A stretch of DNA of 53,064 bases, taken from IMG/VR virus record IMGVR_UViG_3300025009_000137, positions 1 to 53,064 of that record; one strand, 5' to 3'. The DNA comes from a virus. Lineage: Duplodnaviria; Caudoviricetes. How positions within the stretch are numbered: the first letter of the stretch is position 1; the number at the start of each line of letters is the position of its first letter. The position numbers and the translations under genes were made by a program. The notes beneath the pieces were generated by a model. That model was not told the DNA's origin. It was given only the letters and a program-made list of their open reading frames with translations, and did not search any database. Below are positions 48,683 through 53,064 of this stretch, one piece after another.

Positions 48683-51664
48683 TTAAACCCAATACCTTTT
48701 TGTCTTAATTATCTCTTTCTTTTCTTGAAAGCATTTCATAAAACTTTCTGGATAAGAATTGTATATTAGTGTTAAAGTTAACATTGTCATTTCTTTTAAT
48801 TCTTTAACTATACTAATGAATTCTTCTTCATAATCCCAATCCCAGTAAGTTATTATATTATCGTTTTTATCAATACGGCTTATCATCTGTGACTGATAGT
48901 TTTTATCAAGATTAAACGCTCTCAGCAATATCCTATAAACAGTTTTTTCATTTAATTCTAATCCTTCTAATTGCTTAATTGCAGTTTTCTTAGCCCATCT
49001 TCTGAGATTATTTTTTTGTGTGGCTTCAGTTTCATTATCAGTAGCACAATAAACATTCTGATTTATTACAGATTGGCAAGTATCAATAATCCTTCTTGCA
49101 TTATCAATTTTCTTACCACAAAAAGCTCCACCAGTGAGGTCTTTTTGCATTACTAATAAATCTTGCATATCTACCTTGTCTGTTTCTCTTGCTTTTGTAT
49201 TTATTCCGTCTATAATTTCTTCCAGATAATCCATGCTACATTCCATTTTTGTTGGTATCCTAAAACTATTATCTTTAGCAATATATGTAAAGAAATAAGG
49301 AACAACCATTTTCCTTTCGTATACTTTTATTTCCTTTTGAAATATTTCAGGAATTTCTAATTTATTAACAGTTTTACACAATTTAACTAAATTATCTAAA
49401 TCATTAATTTCATCAATCGACTCATATTTCATTTTGTAATTTTTATCTTTTATATACTTAATATACTCTTTGATATATTCTTCAATAGTTATAGTTTTCG
49501 GATTCTTCTTGTCCAATTCAAACTGTAATATTTGCTCGTTCTCACCTTTTTCATTAACATAACAAGTCTTATTTAACTTGTTCATCTCTTTTGTTAAACT
49601 TAATTCTAAAAAATTTTTCTTAGCCATATCAATAGCTATCTGGCTGAAACTACTGAGCGTAGATGAAGCATCGTAACAAGCATCTATATAGTTTTCACTC
49701 TTTCCATTGTTAATTCCATCATACATATATCCATTAAATATAGCAGATTTATTTACAATTTTTCCAATCAATCTAGTTGACCCACCCAAAAAATTATCCA
49801 ATTCTGCAAGTGATTCATTGTTTAATACTTTCTTATCGTTACTGCCTTTAATACCATTTACAGGCGTAGGTGATAACTGACTATCTTTTGCCTTAGATAC
49901 TAATAATTCATTATCGCTCAAATAGCATGAATCTATGTCCCAATCACAGCCCTGAAGACGATTCATCACATCTACATTGTAACTATTAACAAAGACAATA
50001 AAATCATATTGTGGTTGTAGTTTACCATTTTCATTTTTTTTGTAATATCCAAACCATTTATACTCTTCGTGAAATTTATTGGTCATACAACCAATGTTAC
50101 CAGCATTAATTTGTGGGTTACGTATAACCAGCAATTCTTTATTATCTGTAAATCTAGGACAATAACACTCCCATCCATCCATTATACAACTATCAATTTT
50201 ATTATCTTCTCTAGTAGTGGCAACCAGCATTTCATATGGGCAAGAAATCATTATGGCATACAAGCTATTTTTAATTCTAATCTTGCCCAATCTTAAGTTT
50301 CTTATATAATCCTGCAATTGCTCATTTTTCCAGTCCTTAAATTTCCTGGTAAACCTAAAATAACTATTTTTGTTTAATAAATCTGCAACCATATCTCCAG
50401 TAGTCAATTTTTCTTTGTTACTCTTAATTAAATCTAAAAAATAGGACATTCTATTTCTTGTGTCTCTATTGACAACCTTATTCTTTTCTGACATTTTTCT
50501 TATATCTTGGCCTGTTTCTAATACGCTATCTTTGAGCAGTTTAAAATATTTTAATTCATCCTGCATAAGACTTTTTACCTGATCTCTGTCTAGGTTCATT
50601 GAATTGATCATTTGATACGATAACCTGTTTGAGTATCTATAATTACCTGAATGATCTATCTTTACTACTCCAAAAGTAGAAGGTACTTTTTTTAACCAAT
50701 TCATAAAACAATCTTTTTCACTCTCGAATTGATCTGCAAATTTTAAATATTTACAGGCTGAGGAAGTTATAACGAGTTTAATTTTATCCGCAGCTATCCA
50801 TCCTCCAAACTTATCAAATACTTTGGTAATATTATTTTCCTTGTAATATTCTTGCAATCTAGTTCTTACAGCATTTCCTTTAAAAAAGTCATTTCGCAAC
50901 AATACACAAGTAGCTTCATTAATTAATTCGTTATCTAAAAAAATAGATTCATCCATAAGTAATTGTCCATCAGTCATATTGTTCTCTACGTCAAATTCAC
51001 CTACATCTTGATATATATTACCTTCATTATTTATTCTAGTAACTGATTGAGCAGCTTTGAATTCTGGACTTTCTAAATCATCAATGATTAGTATTTCCTC
51101 ACTCTTAATTTCAATGGTTCCAATTATACCTGACATAATAAGGCTAATATAAGCTTCTTTAGAGGTGATATCATATTCTTCACCTTCCTCAAATTTAAGT
51201 CCTAACAGAGAAGGTTTAATGAGTAAATTATAGTGATCTTTTTTCACAAATATGACGTTTGCTGTGCGAGCTTTTGAGGCTCCTCTCTTAAAGTAACGAT
51301 ATTCTATATCATCAATTTTTACTGTTGATGTATATATTAATTTTCTTAATTTCTTTTTATTAACTCTAGTAGTTGTATCGTCTGTATCACTATCATCAAA
51401 ACGATCTTTTGTGAACTTAAAATTAACAAATAGTTTAGTAAAATCTCCATCCACTACCTCTTTGGGTAATTCACCAAATGCCCTCAAAGTTTCTAAAGAC
51501 TCCGGCATTGTAGCACTAAATAATTTATCTTTGTTTGGCTTTATCGTAATTTCTTTATCATTTTTATCCTTATATTTTTTTTCTTCTATAGTGCTAAATA
51601 CAAATTCATTATCTTTTTTATTTAACCATGCACCTTCTAAATTTAATATCCTATAATTCTCCAT
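48683..51664 (-). CDS. Single-subunit two-barrel RNA polymerase (cellular RdRP/YonO-related), divergent from the A enzyme
   Basis: FKRGASKAR, TDGQ, LRNDFFKG, LSYQMINS, RNPQI, catalytic GCDWDID, QIAIDMAKK. Confidence 0.8.
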   Translation of the reverse strand: MENYRILNLEGAWLNKKDNEFVFSTIEEKKYKDKNDKEITIKPNKDKLFSATMPESLETLRAFGELPKEVVDGDFTKLFVNFKFTKDRFDDSDTDDTTTRVNKKKLRKLIYTSTVKIDDIEYRYFKRGASKARTANVIFVKKDHYNLLIKPSLLGLKFEEGEEYDITSKEAYISLIMSGIIGTIEIKSEEILIIDDLESPEFKAAQSVTRINNEGNIYQDVGEFDVENNMTDGQLLMDESIFLDNELINEATCVLLRNDFFKGNAVRTRLQEYYKENNITKVFDKFGGWIAADKIKLVITSSACKYLKFADQFESEKDCFMNWLKKVPSTFGVVKIDHSGNYRYSNRLSYQMINSMNLDRDQVKSLMQDELKYFKLLKDSVLETGQDIRKMSEKNKVVNRDTRNRMSYFLDLIKSNKEKLTTGDMVADLLNKNSYFRFTRKFKDWKNEQLQDYIRNLRLGKIRIKNSLYAIMISCPYEMLVATTREDNKIDSCIMDGWECYCPRFTDNKELLVIRNPQINAGNIGCMTNKFHEEYKWFGYYKKNENGKLQPQYDFIVFVNSYNVDVMNRLQGCDWDIDSCYLSDNELLVSKAKDSQLSPTPVNGIKGSNDKKVLNNESLAELDNFLGGSTRLIGKIVNKSAIFNGYMYDGINNGKSENYIDACYDASSTLSSFSQIAIDMAKKNFLELSLTKEMNKLNKTCYVNEKGENEQILQFELDKKNPKTITIEEYIKEYIKYIKDKNYKMKYESIDEINDLDNLVKLCKTVNKLEIPEIFQKEIKVYERKMVVPYFFTYIAKDNSFRIPTKMECSMDYLEEIIDGINTKARETDKVDMQDLLVMQKDLTGGAFCGKKIDNARRIIDTCQSVINQNVYCATDNETEATQKNNLRRWAKKTAIKQLEGLELNEKTVYRILLRAFNLDKNYQSQMISRIDKNDNIITYWDWDYEEEFISIVKELKEMTMLTLTLIYNSYPESFMKCFQEKKEIIKTKRYWV

Positions 51665-52233
51665 AATATAAAATCCTCCTATTTGTGTATTTTTTATTTT
51701 TACTTTATAAATATAAATTTGGAAGTTTTGCGTTTAAACGCAAAAATGACAATCATGCCATGAGGCGGTCTTATTACCTAGTCAAAAAACAAAGACACAA
51801 AACATGTTGAGTTTACTTTTCGCTTAACCGCGAAAACTAACCACAACTTTATTATTAATATTATTTTTTTTTATTGTATAGTTTAATAGAATATTTATTT
51901 TAATTTTACACGTTTATTTTATTTTATTTCTTTATGGGTTTATGGGCAAGCCCATACCCATCAGAAAGGTAAAAGTAAAAGTAAATCCTGAAATTAAAAT
52001 TTAGCATAAATATATGTATATTATTTATTTTACTAAGCTTTAACCTAAAGGCATACGTTAGGTAAAATTCGCTTTGGCTTCATTTTACCTAACGGGCTGT
52101 CTAAATATTTTCATAAGAAAATATTTTATCCATCCAGGAGTATTTTTAATTGTATCCCTTTTTTATTTGCTACCCAGTTTTACTAATTAATCTATATAAT
52201 ATAATTTTATAGTAAAAGTGGGTAGTTAATTGA

Positions 52234-53064
52234 TTATACTATATTTGATATTATCCAATATCTTTTCATATATGTTTCACTACTTTTATTTCCGTCTTTT
52301 TTACTATTTACAATATAATTCAGTTTCAGATCATCTCTTAATATTTTTTCTAAAGTAGATGGCTTTAATTTTTTTGTTCGATAATCCATACCTCTACCAT
52401 TTAATAACTCGTAAATTATTTTTTTGGTTAATTCTTCTTGTTCTTCGCTGAATAACTTTTTACCAACTATCCTTTTTAAATAATCTTCCAACTTTATTAC
52501 ATCTTCATTAAGTATAATATTTCCTGTTAAATTGGATTCATCAAAAGTATACCCTAACCCCAACCATGATAGTTGTTCAGTTATAAAAGCAAATTCACCT
52601 GCTGTATCAAACTTTTTAATCATATACTCTGCAAACTTTTTATCTTTGACTAATCTGTAAAGTCCTGCTATATTTAATTTCCATTTACCATCTAATCCTC
52701 TGTAAAATAAATCATTTAAAAGTTTGCCAAGATTTCTTAAATCATTATCATATTTTCTATTAAACAAATTTTCATCTTCTTGGTGTAACTCTACTTCTTT
52801 TTGTTTTTTATTATACTGAAGTAATTTATGAGAAAAACTTTTCTTGTATCTTGTATTGATATATAAATTCACTGTTTGAGCATTATTTATATCAATTCTC
52901 TTTCGGCCCAACATCTGAATAAAAGTTGTCTTATCATAGGCCATAATCACAATATTTTTAAGTTCTTCATCTTCAATATTGATCCCGTTGTCCAGTGTTT
53001 TTGTTGCCACCAATACCTTTTTTTCAAATTTGCTATTATTGATGATTGATGATAATTCTTCGCT
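52234..53064 (-). CDS. SF2 helicase-like protein, C-terminal part (5' end outside the window)
   Basis: ATKTLDNGINI, QMLGRKR, YLKRIVGKKLF; similar to the C-terminus of 12287..13744. Confidence 0.8.
   Translation of the reverse strand, partial: SEELSSIINNSKFEKKVLVATKTLDNGINIEDEELKNIVIMAYDKTTFIQMLGRKRIDINNAQTVNLYINTRYKKSFSHKLLQYNKKQKEVELHQEDENLFNRKYDNDLRNLGKLLNDLFYRGLDGKWKLNIAGLYRLVKDKKFAEYMIKKFDTAGEFAFITEQLSWLGLGYTFDESNLTGNIILNEDVIKLEDYLKRIVGKKLFSEEQEELTKKIIYELLNGRGMDYRTKKLKPSTLEKILRDDLKLNYIVNSKKDGNKSSETYMKRYWIISNIV

Larger units (their letters stand above)
21513..53064 (-). mobile_element. Prophage B (partial; integrase/immunity end expected right of the window)
   Basis: Helicase, RNAP, terminase, head, tail, holins, amidase and moron; terminase, portal and scaffold closely related to prophage A. 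Confidence 0.9.

Noticed and set aside
48683-51664. Viral right-hand RdRP or reverse transcriptase (retron, DGR)
   Set aside because: The motifs are two-barrel DxDxD type; I saw no YxDD RT motif and no template/variable repeat pair.
1-53064. The two phage copies as an assembly duplication
   Set aside because: The copies differ by many synonymous substitutions, whole-gene swaps and gene order, so they are distinct elements.

Overview
Low-GC, Clostridia-like DNA made up entirely of two related temperate siphovirus-type prophages in tandem, both mainly on the minus strand. The left element (A, <1..~21512) runs integrase, repressor, YonO-like RNA polymerase, SF2 helicase, terminase and head genes. 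The right element (B, ~21513..>53064) runs helicase, a second and very different two-barrel RNA polymerase, terminase, head, tail, lysis and a sporulation-type moron. They meet at a truncated 5' half of a tRNA-Val beside the integrase, and the inferred unit size is about 37 kb. Comparing the two copies exposes several candidate undescribed mechanisms. (1) Both terL genes carry the same 5-nt stop-containing gap inside the Walker A motif, a candidate programmed bypass. (2) A tyrosine recombinase, an RHH regulator and a palindromic site appear to swap C-terminal cassettes onto a capsid-region protein at an in-frame LTG junction. (3) A segment downstream of each RNA polymerase gene is complementary to that gene's own RBS and start codon and co-varies with it. 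(4) RNA polymerases and major capsid proteins are swapped on a shared chassis. (5) There are also spaced GTATAC arrays bracketing the morphogenesis module, dif-like sites, a large structured intergenic RNA candidate and conserved ATA starts. Family assignments come from motifs and synteny read by eye; no database searches were run.
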